41,665 bases of DNA, from NCBI GenBank assembly GCA_001724265.1, contig MEDY01000274.1, positions 1 to 41,665 of the forward strand, in the 5' to 3' direction. This document shows, piece after piece, positions 12,388 to 23,094 of the stretch (its first letter is position 1; the number at the start of each line of letters is the position of its first letter). The notes beneath the pieces were generated by a model. It was not told the origin of the DNA, ran no database searches, and saw only the letters and a list, made by a program, of their open reading frames with translations. The translations under genes and the position numbers were made by a program. Origin of the DNA: Rhizaria sp. SCN 62-66 (lineage: Eukaryota).

Positions 12388-12885
12388 GAATATCAATGAA
12401 ACCTACCTATCATGCGTTATATAAGGCTTATTGTATACTTAGCATTACAATATTTAGAATAAATTATACTGTGATTGTATCTCTTTGTTTGTCTTTTGCT
12501 TGTCAGTTAAATGGGCCGTAACCACGTGGTTTCGCCACTAGAATATTCATAAAATTGATGATTAGTGGATGAGTTCTGATGTCTTCAAGATTTGATGACT
12601 ATCAAAGCATAGGAAAGTTTAGTTTTATTTTGAATAATGACAATATTAATTCTCTAATGATTGTTTAGGAGCTTGATGTCACTAGTTTAGTGGTCTTCAT
12701 CGAGTGTGCCTCTGTTCCGAGGCAGAGCAAGAACTCCGCAAACGCACCTCTTACTACAGTCGCATGTTCAAGACATATTATTAACCCAACATATAGAAAT
12801 AATACTAAAATATATACAGTTGATATCAAGCTGTGCACTGACGGACCTACGTTTGCGCATTTGCAACTTTTCACTCGCCATCCAG

Positions 12886-13566
12886 ATGAGCTCGGAGTCT
12901 AACGACGCGAACTCTGCGAAACTCACCCTCCGTGAGCGCGTCAACGCGTCTTGGAAGGAGTTTACGACCAAGATGATGACCCCTGACACCGTTGCCGTTG
13001 TTGGTGATGGACCCAAGACTTTGGACAAGCCCACCACGCGTCCCCCGGGCTTCCGCGACAACGACGAGGACGACTGCAACTGCGACATGGTCGAGAACTT
13101 CCGTACGTCCATATCTCTCTCAAAAAACGTGCTGCAACAAAGCCACGTAACACTGCTATATCACAGTGAGTACGCTTATGTCTTTTTATCTTACTGTCTC
13201 TTGTGTCTTTCATTTGCAGGAAAGCTGCGCGATTTCCTCCTGGGCGAGTCGCCCGAGCGCCGCGCCCTCCGCGAGCAGACAGAAGCCGCCAGCGCGGCGC
13301 GCGCCGATGCCCGCCGCGACGCCGTCGCGGGCTCCGTCGACGCCGCGCGCCTCCGCGCTATGTACGACGAGATTAAATCGCACGGCCGTGGCCTGGAGGC
13401 GATGGGAGACCTCCCGGTTGCGTTCCGGCGGTTTGAGGCTGAGGACAAGGCAGCTACCGTCGCCGCCGCGCGCGCCGCCGCAACGCTCGCGGCAGCGACG
13501 CCGGACCCGGTAGTGACAAACAACGCTGGCGCGGGTGCGGGCGCGACGGCCGCGCAGCAGGGCTGA
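12886..13566 (+). CDS. hypothetical protein, 187 aa, 2 exons (12886-13102, 13220-13566)
   Basis: ATG 12886 (MSSESNDANSAK...). AT-rich intron 13103-13219 (GTACGT...TTTGCAG) keeps the frame (ENFR|KLRDF). TGA at 13564-13566. No family recognised. Confidence 0.7.
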   Translation: MSSESNDANSAKLTLRERVNASWKEFTTKMMTPDTVAVVGDGPKTLDKPTTRPPGFRDNDEDDCNCDMVENFRTSISLSKNVLQQSHVTLLYHSEYAYVFLSYCLLCLSFAGKLRDFLLGESPERRALREQTEAASAARADARRDAVAGSVDAARLRAMYDEIKSHGRGLEAMGDLPVAFRRFEAEDKAATVAAARAAATLAAATPDPVVTNNAGAGAGATAAQQG

Positions 13567-14599
13567 GCTGTGAGCGCGTGACAGTCTTGCTGCGGCGCTT
13601 GACGCAGCGCAACATGAGAGCGAGCAGGCTCTATTTCCCCATTGGGTAAGATGCAGCATTTCAAGTGAACGGCTTGGTTTGGAAGTTGCACCATTGACTA
13701 CGAAGAGGTAAACTCCTTTCAAGTTGCCGTGCAGAGCTCTCTGGTGGAGAGCTCAACTGCCACGTTGGACACTTCACCCTTGCGTTTCGCAACCCAGCGG
13801 GGCGAGGCCTCAAACTTCACTCATGTGTTGCACCTTCTGGTTTGCTCGCCAGTGATACACTCTTTATTACGCTCTTTTTGTTGTGATCACAACGAATCAT
13901 ATTTCAGTGTTTCACGCATCCAGCTCCGCCCACACATTATTTGGTGAGTATTACACGCTCCCAAGTGGCATCGATGCTCTGACGTACCCCGCCGACACGG
14001 GGCTGCTGCGGTCGCGCTCGGTCTTGCTCGGCGCGAGCACTTCGTTGGTGTTTATTGTTGTCAAGCACTGTCCGGCAACGCTGCTACGTGGCGTTGTGCC
14101 CGTCGGGCCAGTGATGCGTTGCGGCAGCAGTGATGCTGCGCTCTAGTAAGCCGACCTGGAGACTGACGGCTGGCCGCTATTTACAGAAGAGCGTGTGCGC
14201 TGGTTTGAGTTATTCGGCGCGGCGGGGTCGTGCAGTAGCAAAAGCAGCAACTCAAGCGTACAGAAGCAACAAAATTTCAAGCGTGCAGCAGCAACAAGCA
14301 TTTCAAGCGGCGGTGCAATACGCCGTCAAAACTTTGACGAAGCTAGCTAGCGCGTCGTTTGCATGCTATAATAGTTACACTGTATTGGCATATAGTATCT
14401 GGCCCCATAGCGACCGTAGAAATAAGACATGCTTCGCATGACCATGCATTGATCGCAGGCCACGCGAGCTTCCAAACAAACAGTAAGACACCACAGTAAT
14501 GATGCGCCGATCGTTCAGCGCATCTTTGCACCAATTAAGCAATACACGTACATGTACAGTACATAGTATTATCATGCGCTGAAAACACGTGCTCGCGGC

Positions 14600-16855
14600 T
14601 CAACGCATCTGATAGGCAAGGTCCCAGTACTGCGGCACGCCGGCGCGCTCCATGAGGCTGCGCGCGGCGAGCGCGCTCCCCGCCCCTTCCATAGTAAAGT
14701 CACGGAACGCGCGCGCAGAGACGACTCCGCGCCAGACCGCGACGCAGTCTTTATGAGGCGTTGAACCAAACGCAGGGCCCTCGTTCTCACTGCTGCCTTG
14801 GCTGTGGCCGCGGTGCTTGCTGCCCTCGCCGTCAGCGGCGGCTGCGTTGTCGCCGTCAGCATCGCCGTCGTCGTCATCGTCGGAGTCTTTGTTGTCGTCG
14901 TCGTTGGCGGGGGCTTGGTCCCACTTGACACGGCGCGTCAGCAGCGCAGCATACTTCCGCAGCGCCGTGGGGTACCCCTCAACGACCACCACATTGCAGT
15001 GCGGCTGCAGCAGCGCCACGCCCGTCAGCTCGTACTGCTTCGCGTTCTTCTCCACTTTGAACCGGCGCCGACCGTCGGCCAGGTCGCCAACGCGGAACAC
15101 GCGCACTTCCAGCGACGTGCCCTCAGGGTCGGCCCACTTGCGCCGCAGCTTCTCCGCGCGCTGCTGCGGTGTGAGCTTGCGCGCCGCGTTGTTGGCGTTG
15201 TGCTCAGCCTGCCGCGCGGCGACCTGCTCCTTCGCTTTGAGCTCGGCCGCGGTCGGCGCGAGCACGGCGTCGGCGCCGGCGACGCGCATAAAGTTCTTCA
15301 GTGTGTAGCGCGGGGCAGGAACGGGCAGAACGCCCGCGCGGATGAGGTCCTGCGTCTCACGCGCACGCTCCTAGTCGATCGCGAAAAACAACCAAATGTG
15401 AGAATTTAATGATATAATGAGTGATCTTCAAGTTAAAATTTTGATATCAGATAAAAATCAACTATCGAATGATATAAAATAAAAGATGCGTGTAAATGTT
15501 ATCGTTAATGTCATCAAATCGCGTGTTGAAAGTGATTTGCCAAGGCGTACCTGGCGTTCGATGTGGCGGGCCTTGGCGCGCTCCGCGGGCGTCAGGATCA
15601 CAGCGGGCGGCGCCGTGGGCGGCAGGGGCACACGGGGCGCGAGGCGACGCGGATGCAGCACTAGCGCCGTCACCGCGCCCGGCTTCAGCGTCATACCACT
15701 AGGAATCGCACTATCACCAGCACTCGTCGTTGTTGCAGTTGAGTTCTCAGCACCATCAGCGTTCGTGTTGTTGTTGTTGTTGTTGTTGCTCTCGTTGACG
15801 TTTGTGGTGGCGATGGCGGCGTCCCACCACTCCATTTCAGGCACCGACGTCACCGCTGAGGCTTCAGTACCCGTGGCCACAGGTGCCGTCGCGCTGCGGC
15901 CGAGACTCGCCATCGTCACGGGCGCAACCCCCATCAGACTGCCCACAATGCGCCAGTCCACCTTGCCAGTGACGTCCCGCGCCTCCTTCTCCGCCGCAGC
16001 GGCCGCCTGTTCCACGCGCGCGCGGTGCATGCGCATCGCCGCGGCCTGGCGCGCGTGCTGGCCGGGTTCGCAAAAATTCAGCATCGGGCGGCGCGCGCGT
16101 GAGGGCGCCTTGTCGAGGGATTTGTCGATGAAACGGGCGCGCGCGGCGGCTTCGGCGGCGCGTTCTGCGGCAAGCTGCTCCTTGAGCTCCGCGCGCTTGC
16201 TAGAAGCGCCAACACTAACAGTATCATTCGCAGCGCTCGCAGCAGTTGCTGCGGTTGTAGCGGGTGCGGCCGCGGTGGAAACGGGCTTGACGGACGGACG
16301 GCGGGTGATAGCAAGCGAGTCTACGTCGACCACGTTGCCTTCGCTGTCAATCGCACGGCCTTGGGCGTCGAAACGGAGGATTTGCACTGGGGCAGCGGGC
16401 GCAGCGGGGGGCGCGGGCGCGGGCTGGCCGGAGAGCTTCGCCGCGAGAGCGCGCGCGCGGGCCAGAGCCTCGGTCGCAGCATCAGCCACAGGCGCAGTCG
16501 CAGCGGCAGCAGCAGAGCCAGCAGCGGTGGAAGTGGTACTGTTAGCGGTCGTAGCGGAGGACTTGAGCTGGGCAGCGAGAGCGGCGGCGCGGGCCTTGGC
16601 AGCCTCAAGTGTGGCCTGAATGTTCGCAGGGAGCGCGGTACCACCAGCAGCGGGGACAGCGGGGGCAGTAACAGGAGCAGGGAGCTGAGTAGAGTCAGCC
16701 TCTTCAATGCCGTCGTCGCTCTGGCCGTCGACCCGGGCGCGCTTGGGCTGTTGCTGCATCGCCGCGGATTGCTGCAAGGTCGACGCGTTAGGCGCGGAGG
16801 ACTCGGCGGCGCGCTTGAGGCCGGCGCCGCCCCCGGAGTCGGGGTGTGCGCTCAT
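14600..16855 (-). CDS. PRPF3: U4/U6 snRNP protein Prp3, 691 aa, 2 exons (16855-15551, 15370-14600)
   Basis: Intron 15550-15371 (GTACGC...CTAG) joins HIERQ|ERARETQDLIRAG. Prp3 signatures: VPEMEWWD, LVLHP, ILTPAERAKAR, TLKNFMRV, HNANNAARKLT, FKVEKNAKQYELTG, VVVVEG, RRVKW, CVAVWRG, GVPQYWDLA. Confidence 0.93.
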
Positions 16856-17362
16856 CTGAGGCGAAAACACAAGAGCGAGAATGGAGATGGATACCATGAG
16901 ACATAGCAGATATCTGTAAAAGAACAATTAAAGAATTAAGTACAAATGCATATTTTAAGTTCGGGGCAATCTATAAAATTCATGATGACGTTGGATCTCG
17001 AGCTGGACATCTTTCGTAAGATGAGTCTTTGATCAACGGACACCTCGCCAGTCCCCAGCCAGCCGCCACCAAGCCACAGCAAGCAACTCGCTTAATCTCG
17101 AACGAAAGTAGATACGGAGAGCCACGACAAAGACATATGCAGACAAAAGTTGAGAATAATATATGATGATACGGATGTATGTAGAAATCACAGGGTTTAT
17201 CCCCCTGCTTGCAGAATGAAAGTTCAATTTGTGTGTTTAATTACAACTAAGACTCAACCAACGGCAGGCGAACCTAGACACACCAGACCAACACAAACAG
17301 AATCAGTCGAGCTGCCATGGCTTACACCGCCGCATATGCTATCAAAGCGCGCGGAGTCGTAT

Positions 17363-18444
17363 TTAGTTGTAGAAGTCGGCGTCGGGTCCGTTGCGGTCGC
17401 CGCCATCGTAGTCGTCATAGTCGTCATAGGCGCCACTGCTCGACTTGCCAGTGCTTTTGAGCTGCGGCTTAGCAGACTTCTTCTTCTTGTTCTGCTGCGC
17501 CTTAGTCGTGTCGTTCTTGATAACGGTGCCAACGCGCACGAGCTCGGTCACGTCCTCGAGCTTCATCACGGGGCCTACCGCGAGCGTGACCTCCTTGAGC
17601 AGTGCGAGCATCACAGCAGAGTTGCCGCCGTCCTGCAGCTTGCGCGCGACGAGCTTCGCGAACGCCGCGGCGTCCTCCTTGGTGGCAAGCGAGACCTGGT
17701 CCATGACGGACGGCGGCGCCTGGCCAGTCACGCGCTTGGCGTTGGGGTCGTTGATGAGGCTCATGTTGTCGGCACCGTCGCCGAGACCGGAGGCGTTGGC
17801 GAGCTCCTTAGCACGCGCGGCCTTCTCAGCCTCGCGGCCAGACAGCTCAGCGTCGGCGGGCTTGGCCGCGCGCGGGGCGGTGGCGGCGTCGCCGAAGAGG
17901 TCCGAGGCAAGGTTGCGCTCCGATTGCTCGATGTCGCGCTTCTCCTGCTCCTTCTTCTGGCGCGCGTACTCGGGGTCAGCGCGCATCTTCTCCATCTCTG
18001 CACGCGCGGCGCGCTCGCGGGCGGCGGCGGCCTGCGCGCGCTCAGCGGCCTCAAGCATCTCGCGCTCCTTGGCGATCTGCTTCGGGGTCTTCTTGGGGCC
18101 GGCGGGCGCGGCGGCGGGCTTGGGCTTCGCGGCGGCGGCGGCGGCGGGGGCGGCGCCGGAAGGCTCGGCGTCCCACTCGTCCTCGACAGGGGCGTCGCCG
18201 GTGTCCTCGTTTGCGAACACGGGGGTCGGGGCAGAGTCAGCGATAGTCTCTGTAGAGGCGGGCAAATTACATGCAGAAGACATAACCAAGCACATGAAGA
18301 GAGAGACGTGAGAGGCGGAGTGATGGCGGGGAAGGCGGAGAGAGATGCAAGTCAGGGCGGCGTTTGATGGATAGATCGCGGTTGTAAGAGCAATCAAATT
18401 GTTAAATAATAGATGCGTAAGTACGTACCCCAGTCGTCGTCCAT
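17363..18444 (-). CDS. EIF3J: translation initiation factor eIF3 subunit J, 300 aa, 2 exons (18444-18429, 18249-17363)
   Basis: 16-nt first exon ATGGACGACGACTGGG followed by intron GTACGT...CTACAG gives MDDDWETIAD. Further signatures: acidic VEDEWD, IEQSERNLASDLFG, KKKKSAKPQL and an acidic C-terminus DDYDDYD...DFY. Confidence 0.88.
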
Positions 18445-18858
18445 GGTTCCTGTTTAACGTTCAAAAAGCCTAGAGCCTTTGATCAATCGATCCGGCCAAA
18501 CAAGGCCTGATCGTCACCGCTAAGGCCGCCACCCTTCACCGCTGCCCGACGCGGTTCGCGAAAAAACAGAGCGAGCGAGCTGCAACAGTAAACGAATTTT
18601 GAAAATTTGTCATTATCACCTTGCCATATAAGTCCGTTATTTGGAAATGCAGACGCAATGATAGAATATTGCATGCAGTTTTCTATTTTGAGATTTAACC
18701 AAATTTGTATCGATCCCGATCCCGCTTCAGTGCGCGTTGCGACAGTAAACTATCCGTTGTGTGCCCTCCTTCCCTCACCTGACCTTCCCTTGCCCTTCCC
18801 TGCCTGCGCGCAAACACTGGATCAGAAAGACAGCGTCTCACCATCACTTACAGCAAGG

Positions 18859-20118
18859 ATGGACGCTTCTTTCCCTTCTCCGGCGGACCGGCAGCGGTAC
18901 GCGCACGGGCTCATGAACGCGACTCTGGCCGTCGCGTCCCGCAACATGGCCGAGCTCTCAGCCACCTGCACTAGCGACCCGCTCTTCGCCGAGAGCCCCG
19001 ACGCCGCCACCGCCGTTGCCCGCGCGACGGCCAAGTACGGCGCGCGCGTGACGGATACGCTGACGCACGAGCTCCGCGTCTTCGAGCAGCAAGCGATGGC
19101 GCATGTCTTCGAGGGTCCCGCCGTGCCGCCCCCCGCAGCGCCGCTTTCCCTGCGCTCGCGCCGCTCTTCAATCGCGGCGTCGGCGTCCTCCTGTTTTTCC
19201 CCGTCCTCGTCGTCGGCGTCCGCGGCAGTCGCGGGCAGCGGGTCCGTCGCTCCTGCGATGTTGCGCCGCGAGTTAGCGGCATTAGACGACGAGTCATCCT
19301 CTCTCGACGCCGAGTTGATCCGTCTACGAGCCGAGGCCGCCGTGACGACCGCCTGGACAGACCGGCTCACCGCCGCCACGGCCGCGCTGTCCGCCGCCAC
19401 CGCCGCGGCGCAGGCGTGGGCGAAGCAGCCCGAGACGAGCGACGTCTTCGGCCCCGCACTCGCCGCGTTGGTCGCCAACGCTTCCCCCGCGACAGCGCTG
19501 CCCACGGTCACCGCGCTTCCGGCGCCGCCGCTCGCCGCCCCCGCCACGGCCGCCGCGGCCGGGCTCGGCGCGCTGCAGCAGGCGCTTGGCGCGCTCCAGG
19601 CAGCGGCGCTGCACCACCCGTCCGTCGACGCCGAGTCCGCAGCGGCCGTGGACGCAATGCTCTCAGCGGCAGCGCTCCCCCCAAGCGGCGGCGTGGCCAT
19701 AGTCAAGCCTGCGCTGGTGCTGTCACGGCCTATCACGATGAACGCGGCGAACGCGAGCAATAACGCGTCTGTCAACGCTGCTGGGCACGCGAGTCTTGCG
19801 ACCGCTTCGGGTGCGAGTGCTGGTGCGAATGCGAATGCTGGCAATGGCAGTTTTGATGGAGCGCTGTTGCGGGGCGCTGCGGCTGGCGCCGGGCGGTCAA
19901 ACGCGGTCAGCCGCGCGGGTACGGGTCATGCGAGTGGTGGCAACCTCGGTCTCGGGCTCAGTCAGGGGCAGAACAGCGGTACCGGTGGGTTTGGTGCGTT
20001 CAACCTGTCTCAGTCGCAGTCGCACATGAGTGATGGTGGCAGTTCAGTCACGATGATCACTGGCGCTGGCGCTGGCATTGGACTGGGATCGTCGTTGTGG
20101 CCCGGTGTCCACCCTTGA
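18859..20118 (+). CDS. MIS12: probable kinetochore protein Mis12 (divergent) with low-complexity C-terminal tail, 419 aa
   Basis: The N-terminal ~170 aa follow the Mis12 pattern (RYAHGLMNAT...; LRVFEQQAMAHVFEGP resembling FDkFE.y.l.nvF.vP; coiled coil SLDAELIRLRAE). Single exon, TGA stop. Recognised by eye only. Confidence 0.5.
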   Translation: MDASFPSPADRQRYAHGLMNATLAVASRNMAELSATCTSDPLFAESPDAATAVARATAKYGARVTDTLTHELRVFEQQAMAHVFEGPAVPPPAAPLSLRSRRSSIAASASSCFSPSSSSASAAVAGSGSVAPAMLRRELAALDDESSSLDAELIRLRAEAAVTTAWTDRLTAATAALSAATAAAQAWAKQPETSDVFGPALAALVANASPATALPTVTALPAPPLAAPATAAAAGLGALQQALGALQAAALHHPSVDAESAAAVDAMLSAAALPPSGGVAIVKPALVLSRPITMNAANASNNASVNAAGHASLATASGASAGANANAGNGSFDGALLRGAAAGAGRSNAVSRAGTGHASGGNLGLGLSQGQNSGTGGFGAFNLSQSQSHMSDGGSSVTMITGAGAGIGLGSSLWPGVHP

Positions 20119-20577
20119 TCTCATCTGTTTGAAAGAGCGAACAAAATCCCAGACAAGATAGAACTCCATTTAGAGAAAGGTCAATGTCAATGCTTAACAT
20201 GCGCCGCGTCGTCTTATGGTCAGAGCATTCGGTAATTGCGTGAATATCTCTAGAACAATTAGCAATATGGCCAAATAACAACGATCTGTAAGCCGTGAGT
20301 GTTTCAGGTGGGCCAGGAATACCACAAATACACAACTTGACAATTACAAATCATGTCTCAACAAGATTCACTTTACGGGACTATGAATATCAACTATTGT
20401 ATTTTACAATAAGCTTTGGATAAAACAGCTACACTAAACATATTTCATTAGAGCAAATCATAGACACTAAAAACTAACATAAGACTATTGATTGTTGTCA
20501 TGACAAGACAGAAAGACAAAGAAACGGAAGCGATTCAATGGAACATCTGGGTGGGTAACACAGGGCGGCTAAACTTC

Positions 20578-21973
20578 TTACTCGTTGTTCTCATCGCCCT
20601 GCTCATCCCCCTCGCCGCCATCATTATAGTCACCAGCGCTGCCGCCGCCGTTGTTGTTATCGTCATCGCCGGCGTCCCCGGCGTCCTCATTCGCGCCGCC
20701 ATCGTTGTTGTTATCGCCGGAATTGTTCATGACGTCACCGTTCATGACGTCAGTGCCGTCCTCGTCCGGACCCAGCTCGTCGCCTTCGCCCCCGTCGTCG
20801 CCCTCCGCGGCAGCCAGCTCTTCTTCCAGCGCGCGCGCCTCGTCGCGCTCGCGCTGCTGCTGTGCCTCAAGCGCGGCTTCCTCGGCCTTGGCCTCGGCGC
20901 GGGCAACTTCCTCTTGCGCCAGCCGCGCGGCGGCGGTCTCGGCGCGCTCCTTGGCCACGGCGGCGGCGGCGGCGCGCTCAAGCCCAGTGACGACGCGCGC
21001 GTCCACGCGGCGCAGCTGCGGCAGGAGCAGGAGCAGGGCGAGGATGAGCTCGTCGGGCTCCTCGAAGCGCTTGTACAGCGCGCGGTTGCGCTGCAGGATC
21101 ACAGTCGCGAGGTTCGCCAGAGGGGCGAGGGCGGCGAACTCGGCGGTGGCGGAGAGCTTGTTGTTGCTGAGGTCGACGGACTCAAGCAGCGGCAGCTTCT
21201 GCAGACCGGCGATGGACACGAGGCGGTTGCTTGAGACGTTGAGGTGGCGCAGGTTGGGGAAAACCTCGATGCCAGCGAGCGAGCTGAGCTGGTTGAAGCT
21301 CAGGTCGAGCACTTCGACTGAAGGGAAAGACACGCCGGCAGCGCGGAGATCGGTCAGGGAAGTGATGTCGTTGCGGCTCAGGGTGAGGGCAAAGAGGGAC
21401 GGGGCAGAGAACCCGCCGGCGGCCAGCGACACGATTGAGTTGTCATCCGCCTAGACAAAATAATAGAATATAATAGAATACACGGGCGGTGAAATAAATG
21501 TCATTTAAGCCAAAAAGAAGATTAAATATGCATTACAACGCAATAACTTGATTGACCACTGTTGAAAGAATGAGACGTGAACCTTGTCGATATATCGCGT
21601 ATTAAGTGGCGCGTATTAAGTGGCATGTGGAGGTGATTGAAGTAGTGAGACATACCTGAAGGACCTGGAGTGCAGTGCAGTTATCAAGCGCAGGAAGCGT
21701 CGTGATACGATTATGCTGCATATTAACCGTGACAAGCTCGGGCAGCGCCGCAAGCGCGGACAGCGATCCCGAGAGCGAGTTCTGCGAGATATTGACGTGC
21801 TTCAAGTGGCGGAACGCAGGGAGGTCACCGTCGAGAGACTGGACACCGCGCGCGATCAAGTCAAGCCGCGTGAATGCGACGCCGAGCCCGTCGGCGGTCT
21901 TCTCGACCTGGGACAGGCCCGTCTTGATCACCGCGGTCGTCAATGGCGGCAGCATCGCGGCGGCCTTCTCTTC

Positions 21974-22004
<31 letters not shown>

Positions 22005-22279
22005 CGCTCTGAGGCGGCCTGCTTCACAGCGGCCTCAAGTTCAGCGGCGTCAGCCAGCGGCACGAGGGGCTCCTTGGCGGGCTTGGCCGGCGCGTGAGGC
22101 TCCTGGCCGTCGTCGTCGCCCTCGTCGCCTTCGTCGTCGTTGTAGTGCTCGGGACCGGGCTCGGGGAAAGCGTTGCCGTCGTGGTCGTTGTTGTCGCCTT
22201 CGTAGGGACCGGCGTTGTTGTTGTCGTACGCGGGGTCGTAGCCCATCGCGGGCGCGTCGTCGTCACCCTCGTAGCTCAT
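20578..22279 (-). CDS. LRRC23: leucine-rich repeat protein LRRC23-like (axonemal), 498 aa, 2 exons (22279-21656, 21450-20578)
   Basis: PLTTAVIKTGLSQVEKTADGLGVAFTRLDL matches the LRRC23 N-terminal cap. It is followed by multiple LxxLxLSxNxL repeats and an LRR cap (LPQLRRVD), with acidic termini. Intron 21655-21451 is GTATGT...TCTAG, phase 0. Confidence 0.82.
21596..21624. repeat. 14-bp tandem duplication in the LRRC23 intron
   Basis: cgcgtattaagtgg twice. A separate 10-bp duplication (taatagaata twice) lies at 21461-21480. Confidence 0.75.
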
Positions 22280-23094
22280 GCTCAGGAGGACCTATCACAA
22301 CAGCGGCGACGGGAGCGGCTGGAGACTGTGTCTGCGTGTGTGTGCGTCGAGTGAGGTTGGGTGCTGTGGCCAGCGAGAGCGAAGCGGGTCACCAAGGACG
22401 TTGAAGAGGCGGGCTCAGAGAGACAAATGCGGCTGTGCAAGAAGTTAAGAGTTGGGAAAACCTATATCGAAGGCGAACCGAAACCAGAGACATAAGATAG
22501 AGGGACGGGAGTGAGGATTGGGTTTGAAAAGAGTCGGTGGAGCAGTGGCTTCCCAGCCCAGACGTTGATCAGTTTCCAGCCGGGTGAACGCACGATATGA
22601 AATACACAATTAAATGGGAAGATGCAATAAAGACGCACATGACATACTGTCGCGGTTGAATAGACAAATATGACGGAACCAGTGCGTGTGGAATCATTTT
22701 TTGGCAAGGCTCGACTCGGTTCAGAAACGGTCGGCTCACTTTTTTGCGAACCGCTCCTGCCCGTCCACCACCACCACCCACACAGTCAGCGAAGCAGAGT
22801 TTGGCACTTAAACGAGACGCAGCAGCCGCCAGTGTGGGTTGGGAGATGTATTATTAAACTGTTTTATGCGAAATGTTTGTGAGAACTCCTTGCTTTCTGT
22901 TTTCTTGCTTCTATGGCTTGCGTGACGGCGTATTTGCTTTGAGATTCAGTTGTGGACAAGGAAGGACCAGCAACCCGTCCCCCCTTTGTCTTTGCCGTCC
23001 AGCGCCCCTTAATCTTCACTCACGTTTTCCTTGTTCCGTTATCTTCTCCACCACAGGTCGCCGTTTCTCTCTCTGTGCACCCCCACGCTTTGGA

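Noticed and set aside
2115-12396. Numerous long alternative-frame and antisense ORFs over the GC-rich genes (also 27318-28883, 29591-30835, 37386-38375)
   Set aside because: Shadow ORFs caused by high GC and GCN-rich codons. The translations are Arg/Ala low-complexity without motifs.
12706-12885. ORF-track N-terminal extensions (also 16856-16927, 18250-18397, 18607-18858, 22873-23094, 33126-33167)
   Set aside because: These are read-throughs into intron or UTR sequence, several from non-ATG starts. The spliced models explain the regions better.
13729-14575. Short ORFs and a GC-rich patch between the orphan gene and PRP3
   Set aside because: No coherent exon chain or recognisable product, and no complete C/D-box snoRNA pattern.
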